The position numbers and the translations under genes were made by a program. From positions 1-64,000 of the forward strand of contig CAYWJO010000004.1 in NCBI GenBank assembly GCA_964458565.1: a stretch of DNA of 64,000 nt, written 5' to 3'. The notes beneath the pieces were generated by a model. The model did no database searches. It had not been told where the DNA came from and worked only from the letters and a program-made list of their open reading frames with translations. This stretch comes from an uncultured archaeon. GTDB lineage: Archaea; Asgardarchaeota; Thorarchaeia; Thorarchaeales; Thorarchaeaceae. Of this stretch, positions 28,477 to 38,647 are shown piece after piece. Numbering within the stretch: position 1 is the first letter of the stretch; each line of letters opens with the position of its first letter.

Positions 28477-28842
28477 ATGTCATCAGAACAATTACAGGAA
28501 TTCTTCAAGTTCCTCATTGCGAAAGTACATGAGAAAGATGACATCAAGAAGATGTTAGCTGATTGGGTTGGTCCATATGACGGTAAGATTCTCCAAGTGC
28601 ACACAGAAGCAGGGGCTCAATACATGGTCATCACAAAGGAAGATATGACCATTCATGAGGGAACCTACCCCAGTCCTGATGTGACATACAAGGCCAATTC
28701 CGCAATACTTCTAGGTATCTTCACTGGTGAGGTGCCCTTTAAGCAGACAATGAAGGATGGAAGCTTAGACGTCATCGGTAACGCTCACGAGAGCGATTTT
28801 CTGGCAAACCTAATACTAGCAGCTATGATGGGTGCACTCTAG
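28477..28842 (+). CDS. SCP2 sterol/lipid-binding domain protein
   Basis: G....PDVT......L..IFTG.......M..G.L.V.GN; start moved to ATG 28477. Confidence 0.8.
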   Translation: MSSEQLQEFFKFLIAKVHEKDDIKKMLADWVGPYDGKILQVHTEAGAQYMVITKEDMTIHEGTYPSPDVTYKANSAILLGIFTGEVPFKQTMKDGSLDVIGNAHESDFLANLILAAMMGAL

Positions 28843-28847
28843 GAGGA

Positions 28848-29978
28848 TTGCCAATGGATGTCAAGAAGATAGCCGTAATTGGCTGTGGGCTTATGGGTTC
28901 TGGAATTGCCTATGTATCAGGATGGAATGGTTTTGATGTCGTTATGGTCGACATCAAACAGGAGTTCGTAGACAAGGGTCTTGAACGAATCCGAAATGAT
29001 GTTATGACTGGTATCGATAAAGGTAAGATGTCTATCACAGAAGCTGAAGGTCTTATGAGCAGAGTCCGTGGTACAGTAGACCTTGAGGAAGCTGTAAAGG
29101 ATGCTGATCTCGTTATTGAGGCAATCTTCGAAAATATGGATGTCAAAAAGGAAATTTTTACCAAAGTCGACAAAGCAGCTCCTGCTCATACAATTCTTGC
29201 GACAAATACTTCATCTCTTAGTATAGATGAGCTTTCATTAGCTACTCAGCGACCTGAAAAGTTCATAGGAATGCATTACTTCTCCCCAGTTCCTGCAATG
29301 AAGTTACTGGAGCTTGTGATCGGAGAGAAAACAAGTGATGAAACACTAGCAACAGCAATTGCTGTCGGTGTGAAGCAAGGCAAGAACACAGTCAAAGCTA
29401 AAAACAGTCCTGGTTTCATTGTTAATCGTCTTTTGATGCCAGTCATGCATGAGGCACTTACTCTCTTTGAGAATGGTGTTGCAACAAAAGAAGAGATTGA
29501 CACAGCGATGGTTAGTATTGGGAAGGCTGCTGCTGGACCTTTTACTCTGGGAGATTTCGTTGGATTGGATATAGCGTACAATGCAATGAGCACTCTCTAT
29601 CGGGAAATTGGTGACTGTTTCAAACCACCCGAGATTCTAAAGAATCTAGTTGAAGCTGGCCATATCGGGATGAAATCGAAAAAGGGTTTCTACGATTATG
29701 GTGCGAGTGGTCCGGAACCTGAACCAGCAAAGGGTGCAGATCCTAATCAGTTGGTTGAACGAATCAACATAATGGGAGTGCGTGAAGCATGTATCCTTGT
29801 TGATGACGATATTGCATCCAAAGAAGATATTGACATGGCGATGAAACTTGGAGCTAGTTGGCCTATGGGTCCATTCGAGATGCTTGAAACCGTTGGTAAG
29901 GATAAAGTGCGTTCTGTCCTTGAGAAACTTGAAAACGAGCTTGGCGAATGCTATAGCGTACCGAAGATGCTTAAGTAA
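28848..29978 (+). CDS. 3-hydroxyacyl-CoA dehydrogenase with a duplicated C-terminal domain
   Basis: VIGCGLMGSGIA, IEAIFE, TNTSSLSI, GMHYFSP, PGFIVNR; second DID.AM.LG..WPMGPF. Confidence 0.95.
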   Translation: MPMDVKKIAVIGCGLMGSGIAYVSGWNGFDVVMVDIKQEFVDKGLERIRNDVMTGIDKGKMSITEAEGLMSRVRGTVDLEEAVKDADLVIEAIFENMDVKKEIFTKVDKAAPAHTILATNTSSLSIDELSLATQRPEKFIGMHYFSPVPAMKLLELVIGEKTSDETLATAIAVGVKQGKNTVKAKNSPGFIVNRLLMPVMHEALTLFENGVATKEEIDTAMVSIGKAAAGPFTLGDFVGLDIAYNAMSTLYREIGDCFKPPEILKNLVEAGHIGMKSKKGFYDYGASGPEPEPAKGADPNQLVERINIMGVREACILVDDDIASKEDIDMAMKLGASWPMGPFEMLETVGKDKVRSVLEKLENELGECYSVPKMLK

Positions 29979-29988
29979 TTCAATAATG

Positions 29989-30024
29989 GGCAGGGACTTC
30001 CCTGCCTACTACTCCTTTTTCTTA
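29989..30024 (+). terminator. Hairpin plus pyrimidine-tract terminator
   Basis: GGCAGGGA-ct-TCCCTGCC followed by a T-rich run. Confidence 0.6.
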
Positions 30025-30118
30025 TTCCAATTGCACTCATCCGCATCAGTCATGATATGAATCCTTTATAAGTCGGGCATATCTAATTTTCATTACTAGT
30101 CTCTAGAGGTTAAGAAAA

Positions 30119-30931
30119 ATGCCAGAATTCGAGACAATGCTATATTCAAAAGAGGGTTCCTTCCTCTCCCCGGTTAAGAACACAGCAGTAATCAAGTTCA
30201 ACCGACTTGATGCTCTCAACGCTATTAACGACCAGTTCATTCAGGACTTAAATGATGCTTTGGACGAGGCTGAGAAAGATCCCGATGTTCGCTCAGTTGT
30301 CATTGCTTCTGCACATGATAAAGTCTATTGTACAGGAGCAGACCTAAAGATGGCTCAGGGTCTTTTTAGTGAGATTGACAAGGTCGGAGATCTTGTTTCA
30401 CAGGGGCAAGCCGTATTAGACAAGCTAGCAAAAATGTCAAAACCAACCATAGCCGCAGTTAACGGTTTATGTTTAGGCGGTGGTCTTGAGATTGCGCTCG
30501 CATGTGATATTCGGATATGTGAAACAGAGGCCAAAATGGGTACTCCCGAAGTCAGTCTTGGATTGATTCCTGCATGGGGTGGTTGTGTACGATTACCACG
30601 TATTATTGGACTTGGAAAAGCCATGGAACTTATCCTCACTGGAGGTCAAGTGACTGCTCAAGAAGCTCTAGAAGTTGGCCTTGTAAGTAAGGTTGTGTCA
30701 AAAGACGAACTTCTTAGTCAGGCAATGTGGTATGGAGCCAAAATTGGTGGAAATGCACCAATTGCATTAAAGCTTGCTAAGAAGGCTACTCACATGGCTT
30801 TCGAAGAGGGATATGAAGACAACCTCAAATATCAAGTTGAGGCCGCAATCGAGTGTTTCAAGACCAAGGACTTAGCTGAGGGAATATCAGCAATTCTTGA
30901 GAAACGACGCGGTAAGTTCACTGGAGAATAA
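30119..30931 (+). CDS. Enoyl-CoA hydratase/isomerase
   Basis: GADL, IAAVNG..LGGG.E.ALACD.R, PEV.LG.IP..GG. Confidence 0.95.
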   Translation: MPEFETMLYSKEGSFLSPVKNTAVIKFNRLDALNAINDQFIQDLNDALDEAEKDPDVRSVVIASAHDKVYCTGADLKMAQGLFSEIDKVGDLVSQGQAVLDKLAKMSKPTIAAVNGLCLGGGLEIALACDIRICETEAKMGTPEVSLGLIPAWGGCVRLPRIIGLGKAMELILTGGQVTAQEALEVGLVSKVVSKDELLSQAMWYGAKIGGNAPIALKLAKKATHMAFEEGYEDNLKYQVEAAIECFKTKDLAEGISAILEKRRGKFTGE

Positions 30932-30940
30932 TTTATAGTC

Positions 30941-30972
30941 AGAGGGGGTTCTCCCTCTCTTTTCTCTTTTTT
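30941..30972 (+). terminator. Hairpin plus T-tract terminator
   Basis: AGAGGG..CCCTCT followed by T runs, between convergent genes. Confidence 0.55.
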
Positions 30973-31003
30973 AAGACCAAAATATGGAAGAGATGCGGAG
31001 ATT

Positions 31004-33052
31004 TCACTCCGCAACTTCAGAATCTTCTTTTGTGAGTTGGTCTCCAATGACTCTAAATATAGGTCTCAGTCTCATGGAATCTACACCAGCGGCAAGAACG
31101 AGTTTAGTTTCATCCATTCCCTCACACTCGTATTCCAGACATGCCATGAACACAGCACCTGCGGCAAATCCTACTGGGTCGTAGGAGTCATGTTTTACTG
31201 TATCTGTCTTTATCTCCTCAAGAATCTCCATTGCTCTTGTTTCAACATTGGTGGGATTTCCGAGTTCAGCAACAATATTGGGAACAAACTCACGTGCATG
31301 CTCAATTGACTTGATAGTGTCATGATTTGATGGAACTGCTCCACGAATAAGTTTCCAGACCTGTCTCATTACAAACCAAGCAATGGGAGTTCCGATTGCT
31401 AGGTAAGTCCCTAATAGTGGAGTTGTGTAATGTATATTGAATTCTGTATACCAGAAACTAAAGCCTGCAAGAAATGCTTGGGGTAGCATGACAATATTGA
31501 ACATACCATCTTCTGCCCAACTTCGAGGTGTTCCAGAATGCGTGATAAGAAATGCTAATGGCATCCAGTAGAACGCAAATGCACTCAGGCCCACATAAAA
31601 GTAGAAATCTTGAACAACTGGTAGGACAATGGATTCACCTGCTGAAACCCCCGTCATTGAGAGTGCTGACCAAAATGTATAGGTCAAGATTGGGTTGTTT
31701 TGTGGGGCTCCAGTAAGGGGAATGTTTGTGACGAACCAAGGTAGGAATCCTGTGATTCCAAATACGATGACCGCGAATATTCTAAGATCTTTGATATTCC
31801 TTGTCATGTATTCAGGTATGAATAGTAGAATAAGTCTAGTCATTACGATGATGAGTAGTACTGCACCTATTCCTATAATAACCAGCTCACTTGCTGTGAA
31901 TCCAGTTCCCAGGATTACCATATACGTTGTAGTGACGCTAACCTCGATATTGTGATTTCCATCAATGACAATCATAGCTGCAGTATTTGGAATAGTACCA
32001 TCAATTCTTCTTGACCCTCTCCAGATATCTGGCACTCCCGCTTCAATGTAAATTGTAGTATTTATTGGAGGAAGATATAGTATTTCTGGCACACCACCAA
32101 GCACTACATCAAGTGAATAGAGGTCTGATAAATTGCCAATATCAATTGAATATATTGGCATTACAGGGTCACAAGTGAATGATATTTCAATAACGGGGAG
32201 TCTGAATTGCCATATCACCGCTTCATTTACATTAAGGGTCAAATTGGCAGTTAATCGGATTTCACTTAGGCCAAGGTGAGGTCCCCAGTACACCGTACCA
32301 TTATATTGTCCTGGATTAACATAGATAGTATCCATTGATCTTATTGGTGTGAGAACTGGAGCGGAATGGTTACTTCCAGTCTTTCCAAGATGCATAAGCG
32401 GTTGAACTCTTAAGTCGTTCATGTACTCATTTTCATAAAGACTATCTCCGTCAGACGATTGGATATCGATTGTTACGGGACACAATGGTTGTTGGGATGT
32501 AGCATAGACAACAATTCTCTCAACAATAACTGATACTGCATCAACATTTGTAGACAATGTTATTGTCCCTACCTGTAACCATCCAGTTGTTTGACTACGA
32601 ACCAAATCTAGAGGGGCCATTAATGAATAAGTTGAAAATTCTCCCGCAACAGCCTCGACCCTTGAGCTGTTTGCTGAATTACGTACTCTGACATTGAAAG
32701 TAACATTCGTTGCTCCACTAGTCATCCCCAATGTCACATTTACTCTCAGGGTATCGTAATCATAAATCGGAACAAAGAACGAGTAAGCTCCCAAACGCTG
32801 AGGAGATACATTGAGCACCATAGCTTCATTAGAACTTGAATACGCCAACTTATCGATTTTTTGCATGGCCGTTGTGTCGGTCACCAATGAACCCAGGTTT
32901 GCTTCTGTTACTGTTGTGTCTTCATATGCTGGCAGTGAAGTCGAAAATACAATCAGACTAACAACAAGCACCAGTGCCATGACATCCAATATTCTTCCTA
33001 CACTGAGGAAATCTCTTATGCTTCTTCTCTGACGCATCATCCCTGTGACCAT
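31004..33052 (-). CDS. Membrane protein with an N-terminal signal/TM, beta-rich extracellular region, ~5 TM helices and a C-terminal TFB/TFIIB-like cyclin repeat
   Basis: C-term FVPNIVAELG....VETRAMEIL...P.GFAAGAVFMAC.......K....AGV matches the second TFB repeat. Confidence 0.8.
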   Translation of the reverse strand: MVTGMMRQRRSIRDFLSVGRILDVMALVLVVSLIVFSTSLPAYEDTTVTEANLGSLVTDTTAMQKIDKLAYSSSNEAMVLNVSPQRLGAYSFFVPIYDYDTLRVNVTLGMTSGATNVTFNVRVRNSANSSRVEAVAGEFSTYSLMAPLDLVRSQTTGWLQVGTITLSTNVDAVSVIVERIVVYATSQQPLCPVTIDIQSSDGDSLYENEYMNDLRVQPLMHLGKTGSNHSAPVLTPIRSMDTIYVNPGQYNGTVYWGPHLGLSEIRLTANLTLNVNEAVIWQFRLPVIEISFTCDPVMPIYSIDIGNLSDLYSLDVVLGGVPEILYLPPINTTIYIEAGVPDIWRGSRRIDGTIPNTAAMIVIDGNHNIEVSVTTTYMVILGTGFTASELVIIGIGAVLLIIVMTRLILLFIPEYMTRNIKDLRIFAVIVFGITGFLPWFVTNIPLTGAPQNNPILTYTFWSALSMTGVSAGESIVLPVVQDFYFYVGLSAFAFYWMPLAFLITHSGTPRSWAEDGMFNIVMLPQAFLAGFSFWYTEFNIHYTTPLLGTYLAIGTPIAWFVMRQVWKLIRGAVPSNHDTIKSIEHAREFVPNIVAELGNPTNVETRAMEILEEIKTDTVKHDSYDPVGFAAGAVFMACLEYECEGMDETKLVLAAGVDSMRLRPIFRVIGDQLTKEDSEVAE

Positions 33053-33380
33053 CCTATTCGGGAAACCGCCTTGATTTAAGAGTTGTCCACCGACTTTTTC
33101 ATATTTAATCGTTATATCTAATGTTTCCTATTCATGCTTGTTTGTATTTTTTCGCCCTTTTCTCAAGGTGTTAAAGTACCTTCTTAGCTATTTGTTTTAG
33201 CAAAATCACTTCGTACAGTTCCTAAGACAGTGATTGTCCAATAATCTGGTATGATCTACAATATTTGCTGAATCGTCAACCTTAAGACCCTGTGAATGAG
33301 ACACCCCGTCTAGATTCAATATCAATGGATGCTGCTCAAGATCGCAATCATGACAGTTTCCGAATGGAGGATTAAACAAA

Positions 33381-34547
33381 ATGGTAAGAAAAGTTGCTGT
33401 AGTAGCCGGTGGTCACAGTAAGTTTGGTAAACGATACGATGCTACTATGAGAGAACTTTCTGCAGAGGCTTACAAGCCAATCTATGATGAAGGAATCACT
33501 CAAGACAGGATTGATGCAACTGTCCTTTCCTATGCTGCTTCACAGTTTACCGGTCAAGGTGCTGGTTCTGCATTGATTGCAGATTATATCGGTCTTCCCG
33601 ATAAACCACACCTACGAGTAGAGTCTGCTTGCACTACCGGTACTGCCTCATTGAGAGCCGCATGGGGGATGGTAGCTGCTGGGCTTTATGACGTGATGCT
33701 TGTATTGGGTGTTGAACAGATGAATCGAGTATCTTCCGCAACCGCGACAGAATATATGTCTCGGGCTGGAGATATGCGTTGGGAATATCCATATGGAATT
33801 TCATTTCCCGCCTTCTATGCATTGATGGCTTCAAGGTATATGTACGAATATAACATGCCTCATGATATCTTAGCTAAGATTGCAGTAAAATCTCATCACT
33901 ATGGTGCTCAAAATCCGAAAGCGCATCTTCCAAGAGAGGTCTCTTTCGAGGAAGCAAACAACGCAGTTCCAATCGCTCGACCCTTGAATTTATACGATTG
34001 TAGTCTTATCACAGATGGTGCTGCTGCAGTTGTCATTGCGGCTGAGGAACGAGTTAGCGAATTCACTGATCGACCTATGTGGATTAGAGGCATAGGTGCT
34101 GGAGCCTCTGAAATGAAGATTCAGGATCGTACGACTCTGACTTCGATTTCAGGTGCAAAATCCGCCGCAAAAGCTGCTTACAAGATGGCTGGTTTAGGTC
34201 CTGAAGATATGAATATGGCCGAAGTCCACGATTGCTTTACAATTGCTGAATTGATCGCATATGAGGACCTCGGATTCGCTGAACCAGGAAAAGGTCGTGA
34301 AATTGTAGAAAACAAGGAGAACTATCACACAGGGCGCATACCAGTCAATTGCGATGGTGGGTTGAAGAGCAAGGGGCATCCACTAGGAGCAACTGGTGTA
34401 TCAATGACTTATGAAATTATGAAACAGATGAGGGGCGAAGCTGAGAACGCATCACGACAGATTAAAGATGTCCAATATGGTCTTGCTCACAATGTCGGTC
34501 AATCCGGTCAATTTGTGAACATCTTTATCTTTGAAAGGGGATGGTAA
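33381..34547 (+). CDS. Archaeal-type thiolase (acetyl-CoA acetyltransferase)
   Basis: VESAC..G, DCS.ITDGAAA, EVHDCFT, GGLK.KGHP.GATG, HNVG. Confidence 0.95.
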   Translation: MVRKVAVVAGGHSKFGKRYDATMRELSAEAYKPIYDEGITQDRIDATVLSYAASQFTGQGAGSALIADYIGLPDKPHLRVESACTTGTASLRAAWGMVAAGLYDVMLVLGVEQMNRVSSATATEYMSRAGDMRWEYPYGISFPAFYALMASRYMYEYNMPHDILAKIAVKSHHYGAQNPKAHLPREVSFEEANNAVPIARPLNLYDCSLITDGAAAVVIAAEERVSEFTDRPMWIRGIGAGASEMKIQDRTTLTSISGAKSAAKAAYKMAGLGPEDMNMAEVHDCFTIAELIAYEDLGFAEPGKGREIVENKENYHTGRIPVNCDGGLKSKGHPLGATGVSMTYEIMKQMRGEAENASRQIKDVQYGLAHNVGQSGQFVNIFIFERGW

Positions 34548-34549
34548 TC

Positions 34550-34966
34550 ATGGCAGAACAAAAAGAACTCTATCTAGGATACACAACTGATAAAGCAATT
34601 ACTCCATGGTTTCAGAAATTCTTAGAAGCTCTGGATCAAGAGAAATTACTGAAGTCTGTCTGTACTAAATGCAACGCTGAGGCTCTCCCCCCCAGACAGT
34701 ACTGTCAAAAATGCTTGTCAGAGACTGAATTTGCTGAATTCACAGAACGTGAAGCAATTATGCATTCGTACGTAGTGGTTGATTTTGCTCCGGAAACGCT
34801 CTCTTCAAAAGCACCGTATGTTGTAGCAATTGGGGAATTTCCGTCTGGTAAACGAATCACTGCGCACATTACGAATCTTATGAGCCAACCCGAGGTTGGA
34901 ATGAGCCTCAAGTTAGCCTTTGACAAGATTGATGATAAACACATCACATACAAATGGTTAGTATGA
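34550..34966 (+). CDS. DUF35 Zn-ribbon/OB-fold thiolase partner
   Basis: C..C....PPR..C..C, PYVVA; adjacent to the thiolase. Confidence 0.9.
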   Translation: MAEQKELYLGYTTDKAITPWFQKFLEALDQEKLLKSVCTKCNAEALPPRQYCQKCLSETEFAEFTEREAIMHSYVVVDFAPETLSSKAPYVVAIGEFPSGKRITAHITNLMSQPEVGMSLKLAFDKIDDKHITYKWLV

Positions 34967-34996
34967 GGGGTTTCATCCCCTCCATTTTCTTCTTTT
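34965..34996 (+). terminator. Hairpin plus T-tract terminator
   Basis: GAGGGG-tttcat-CCCCTC followed by a T-rich run. Confidence 0.55.
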
Positions 34997-36275
34997 ATAC
35001 CATGTAGTATGAAATATGGCTTTCTTTTTTAGGAAATAAAGTTTCAAAAAGCGTTCTTAGTGAAAGACGCACAAGAAAATCAATTTGATACTCATTAATC
35101 TCTTCTCTACTGTATTGACCAAGAACCATTCTAACAAAGTCTTCTTTTGAAGATCTGATATCACTGTATTCTTGACCATCTTGGAAACCGATATTCTTGA
35201 TTGACCTGATTTTCCCACTTACAAATTCGATGGAGATGCACTCTCTATAAGTATTGATATTGATTATCCGATTCAATCTGGAATACATTGTATTCTTGAT
35301 ACGCTTCTCAAGTACCAGACGTATTTGCTTGAGAAATCTAGTTAAGTCTGGAATTTTAATTTGATATTTCCACCAAGGCTGAAACACTCCTTGCAGGTCA
35401 CGAGCCAATTTGAGGAGATTATTGTGCTTCGGACCAATAATCCGTACCTGATTGACTCCAAGATTGGTTGCCTTCTCTTTCAGGTGATAGAGTGTTGTCA
35501 TAACTGCGTCAAAAACAGAGATGCTGTTTTCAGATACTACCAGTGTAGACCTCTGTGGGTCTTTCTTTGGGTTTCCTTCAATCCATGTTCTAAAATAACC
35601 TTCAATATTTCCATCCCTCTCAACAATACAGGTTTGAAATTCTCTATCATACTCCTTTCTGAATTTCTCCTGTAATTCCCAAATTGATTCTGTCCGTTTG
35701 GTAGATAGAAGCAGATCGCGATGTTCAAGGTTGTAAAGCTCCATCAATTCATCAATATCATTTGATTTCGCTTCTCGGATTTCTCTTAAATTAACTCCTT
35801 CAGGTTTTGAAGGAATCTGTCCTAATCTTAGAAAAACACATGGCTCCATTGGAATTACAAAGTCATAACCAAATTGACGGTAGAAATATGGTATACCCTG
35901 TATTGTGGATATGTGATATTTTCCTCTATCCAGCATCTCTTCAAAATACGAATTGAGAATACGCACTAATCCTTTTTGACGGTATTCTTCAAGGGTTCCT
36001 ACCCATCCCATTTCCAAGTTTTTGATTGGGATGTGTTCATACATCCATATACTTGGAATCGCATTTATTGAAGAAACGATTTTCCCACTGTCTAAATCTC
36101 TAATGAAGAGATTGTGGTTTCTTTCAAATCCTGGTAGGTTCTCAATCATCCGTCTTAATTCTTCAGGATCATCATCTTGATGTACAGTTTTATTGAATCT
36201 CAGAAGGTCTTCCAAGTCCTCATCTGTTTCAACTGTCCCAAATTCAAATCCTTTTGGCATCTCTAGCATCATCAA
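34995..36275 (-). CDS. Eis-like GNAT acetyltransferase
   Basis: VGT..EYR.KGL, GIPYFYRQFGY; second GNAT domain and SCP2-like tail. Confidence 0.85.
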   Translation of the reverse strand: MMMLEMPKGFEFGTVETDEDLEDLLRFNKTVHQDDDPEELRRMIENLPGFERNHNLFIRDLDSGKIVSSINAIPSIWMYEHIPIKNLEMGWVGTLEEYRQKGLVRILNSYFEEMLDRGKYHISTIQGIPYFYRQFGYDFVIPMEPCVFLRLGQIPSKPEGVNLREIREAKSNDIDELMELYNLEHRDLLLSTKRTESIWELQEKFRKEYDREFQTCIVERDGNIEGYFRTWIEGNPKKDPQRSTLVVSENSISVFDAVMTTLYHLKEKATNLGVNQVRIIGPKHNNLLKLARDLQGVFQPWWKYQIKIPDLTRFLKQIRLVLEKRIKNTMYSRLNRIININTYRECISIEFVSGKIRSIKNIGFQDGQEYSDIRSSKEDFVRMVLGQYSREEINEYQIDFLVRLSLRTLFETLFPKKESHISYYMV

Positions 36276-36339
36276 TGCTCCAACTCAAAGCCTTTCCTCA
36301 TCCTTATGAAGAAATTCATTAAAAAATTCATCATGAACT

Positions 36340-36660
36340 TTATGTTAGTGATGCTGATTCTAGAACACCCGCCCACAATTTGTATAATGCAACCTGTTTC
36401 AGAGTTTCATTGTACACTTGAGCTGCTCTCCTATGGTCTGATTCATCCAGTTCTTTCAGAGCTCTATCAATTAGCTCTTCGACATCTCTGATGCGACGTT
36501 TACCCTCATTTTCTTTATATCCAATAAAGGTGATATCTCGCTCCGATTCCCATGCCTTCAGGAATAGCTCCTGTTCTTCCGTTAAAATACTTGATTCAAA
36601 TGATGATACAAGTGACCTCTTCATTGAATGGAGCGATTTCCTCCAAACATCCACGTTCAT
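36340..36660 (-). CDS. Small hypothetical helical protein
   Basis: 106-aa ORF co-oriented with the GNAT gene. Confidence 0.65.
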   Translation of the reverse strand: MNVDVWRKSLHSMKRSLVSSFESSILTEEQELFLKAWESERDITFIGYKENEGKRRIRDVEELIDRALKELDESDHRRAAQVYNETLKQVALYKLWAGVLESASLT

Positions 36661-36791
36661 AGGTTCGTTTTACAACAATACCTCTTTTAATTTCTTACGC
36701 TTCTTTGAATATTCTATGATTATATGATATTTTTAGAGCAAGCCGAACGATTCTTTAAGTCCTTGATTTTGATGAATCTCAGATTCCGGAG

Positions 36792-37586
36792 TTGGATAAA
36801 ATGTCACAAGATGATGTTCTATACGAAATTACTGATAGTGTTGCTACAATCGCAATAAATCGACCTGACAAACTTAATGCACTCAACGTTACTGTAGTGA
36901 ATGCTCTTCAGGGCTTCATGAAACGAGCTGAGCATGATAACACAGTCCGCGTAGTGATACTTACAGGAACCGGTGAAAAGGCGTTTGCAGCTGGAGCAGA
37001 TATCACTGAATTTCAAAACAAGGATTCAAAGGGTGTTCGGCCTCTCTCTGAGAATGGTCAAGAATTCTGCAAGTTTATGGAATCAATGAGTAAACCAGTC
37101 ATTGCAGCTATCAATGGATTTGCACTTGGTGGTGGCTGCGAAATCGCGATGGCTTGTGATATCCGCTATGCATCTTCAAATGCAAAGTTTGGACAACCTG
37201 AAATCAATCTTGGTATAATTCCTGGTTTTGGAGGGACTGTCCGACTTCCTAGGTTGGTCGGACTTGGGAAAGCTAAGGAGCTTATTTATTCCGGGAATAT
37301 GATAGATGCTGAAGAGGCTCTTAAACTTGGATTAGTTGACCATGTGTTTGAGAGTGTTGAAGCTTTGAGGGACGGTGTTTTGAAGTTTGCATCAAAGCTA
37401 GCTACAAAGCCAGGGATTGCAATCAAATTAGCAAAGAAATCGTTGAATGCTTCGTGGTCTTTGCCGCTTAAGGAAAATCTTGAATTAGAAGTTGATGTTT
37501 TCTGTGAAACATTTGATACTGAAGATAAAGACATAGGTGTTGAAGCCTTCCTGAGTAAGAGCAAACCTGAATTCAAGCACAGATAG
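36792..37586 (+). CDS. Enoyl-CoA hydratase (crotonase)
   Basis: NRP.KLNAL, AF.AGADI, NGFALGGGCE.AMACD, QPEINLG.IPGFGG. Confidence 0.95.
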   Translation: MDKMSQDDVLYEITDSVATIAINRPDKLNALNVTVVNALQGFMKRAEHDNTVRVVILTGTGEKAFAAGADITEFQNKDSKGVRPLSENGQEFCKFMESMSKPVIAAINGFALGGGCEIAMACDIRYASSNAKFGQPEINLGIIPGFGGTVRLPRLVGLGKAKELIYSGNMIDAEEALKLGLVDHVFESVEALRDGVLKFASKLATKPGIAIKLAKKSLNASWSLPLKENLELEVDVFCETFDTEDKDIGVEAFLSKSKPEFKHR

Positions 37587-37610
37587 TAATAGGAATGGCG
37601 GGTAATCCTG

Positions 37611-38543
37611 CTATTCTGTTACTTTATATTTTCCATGTTCTTCATTTACAACACCATTCTGTTGTAATTGTTCAAGATGTTTCTCTAGCATGAACTCCTC
37701 AAAAATGAGATATACATTGAATGGGATCTTTGGGTATATTGTTGGTAATTGTGCTAATTTCTTTACTGTATCATAACCATCCTTAATATTCTGAAGAATC
37801 CGATTTTCTCTCTCATCGAACACATTGAGATAGGTTTGAAGCCTATTTTGGATGTTCTCCTTCACCGGATTAAGTAGATGACTACTTATGATGCAATCCG
37901 GATTCAACTCCATCGCAACTTCTATTGATCTCTTGAAATACCAGATGTCGCTCACTGCATTTCCATACCACGGACCGAAACGTGTTAGGTCTATGTCAAC
38001 AAGAAAGAGTGTATCCATTCCATTGATTCCGAATCCAGTATGGTCGATTGTATGTCCAGGAAGATGAATTGGGATTAGCTCGATATCACCACACTCAATG
38101 GGTATCCCGTCTTTGAAATTCGAATCTACATGATAATCTGCAACAATATGCTTCACCCAGTTTTCAAGAAGTGCTTTCCAATCCGAATAGTATTCAGAGC
38201 TAGCTACCCCATAATATTCAACCATTCCATCGAACGAACGAATTCCCTTTTCTGAAAGATGATTACACATAATCTCGCATTGAGAAATCTTTCTGATTTC
38301 TTCAGCATGGCCTTTATGGTCTATGTGAAAATGGGAAAGGATTGTTCTATCTATATCTGTTAACGTGTAACCAAGATCTCGTAGAGTCGTCTTGATGTTT
38401 GCAAGACTGGATCCGGCATCAACGAGAGTTAGAATTTCATCATCAATAAGAAGTGAATTGGCCTCAGGAAATCGCGATTTGTTTTCACCGCGTATTAGAT
38501 GTACATTCGGTTCAACTTCAATATGCGCTTCGTAGTCTGACAT
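37611..38543 (-). CDS. Metallo-beta-lactamase-fold hydrolase with a C-terminal wHTH
   Basis: SHFHIDH, PGHT.DH, DIDLT.FGPWYG. Confidence 0.9.
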   Translation of the reverse strand: MSDYEAHIEVEPNVHLIRGENKSRFPEANSLLIDDEILTLVDAGSSLANIKTTLRDLGYTLTDIDRTILSHFHIDHKGHAEEIRKISQCEIMCNHLSEKGIRSFDGMVEYYGVASSEYYSDWKALLENWVKHIVADYHVDSNFKDGIPIECGDIELIPIHLPGHTIDHTGFGINGMDTLFLVDIDLTRFGPWYGNAVSDIWYFKRSIEVAMELNPDCIISSHLLNPVKENIQNRLQTYLNVFDERENRILQNIKDGYDTVKKLAQLPTIYPKIPFNVYLIFEEFMLEKHLEQLQQNGVVNEEHGKYKVTE

Positions 38544-38647
38544 CGACTTGTCTTTTACATTATATCAGATAACTTTCTCTGTGCGTACAATTCATTAAGT
38601 GCGTTGTACAATCATCTTACATTCAAGAGAACCAGCTGGTTAGAATC

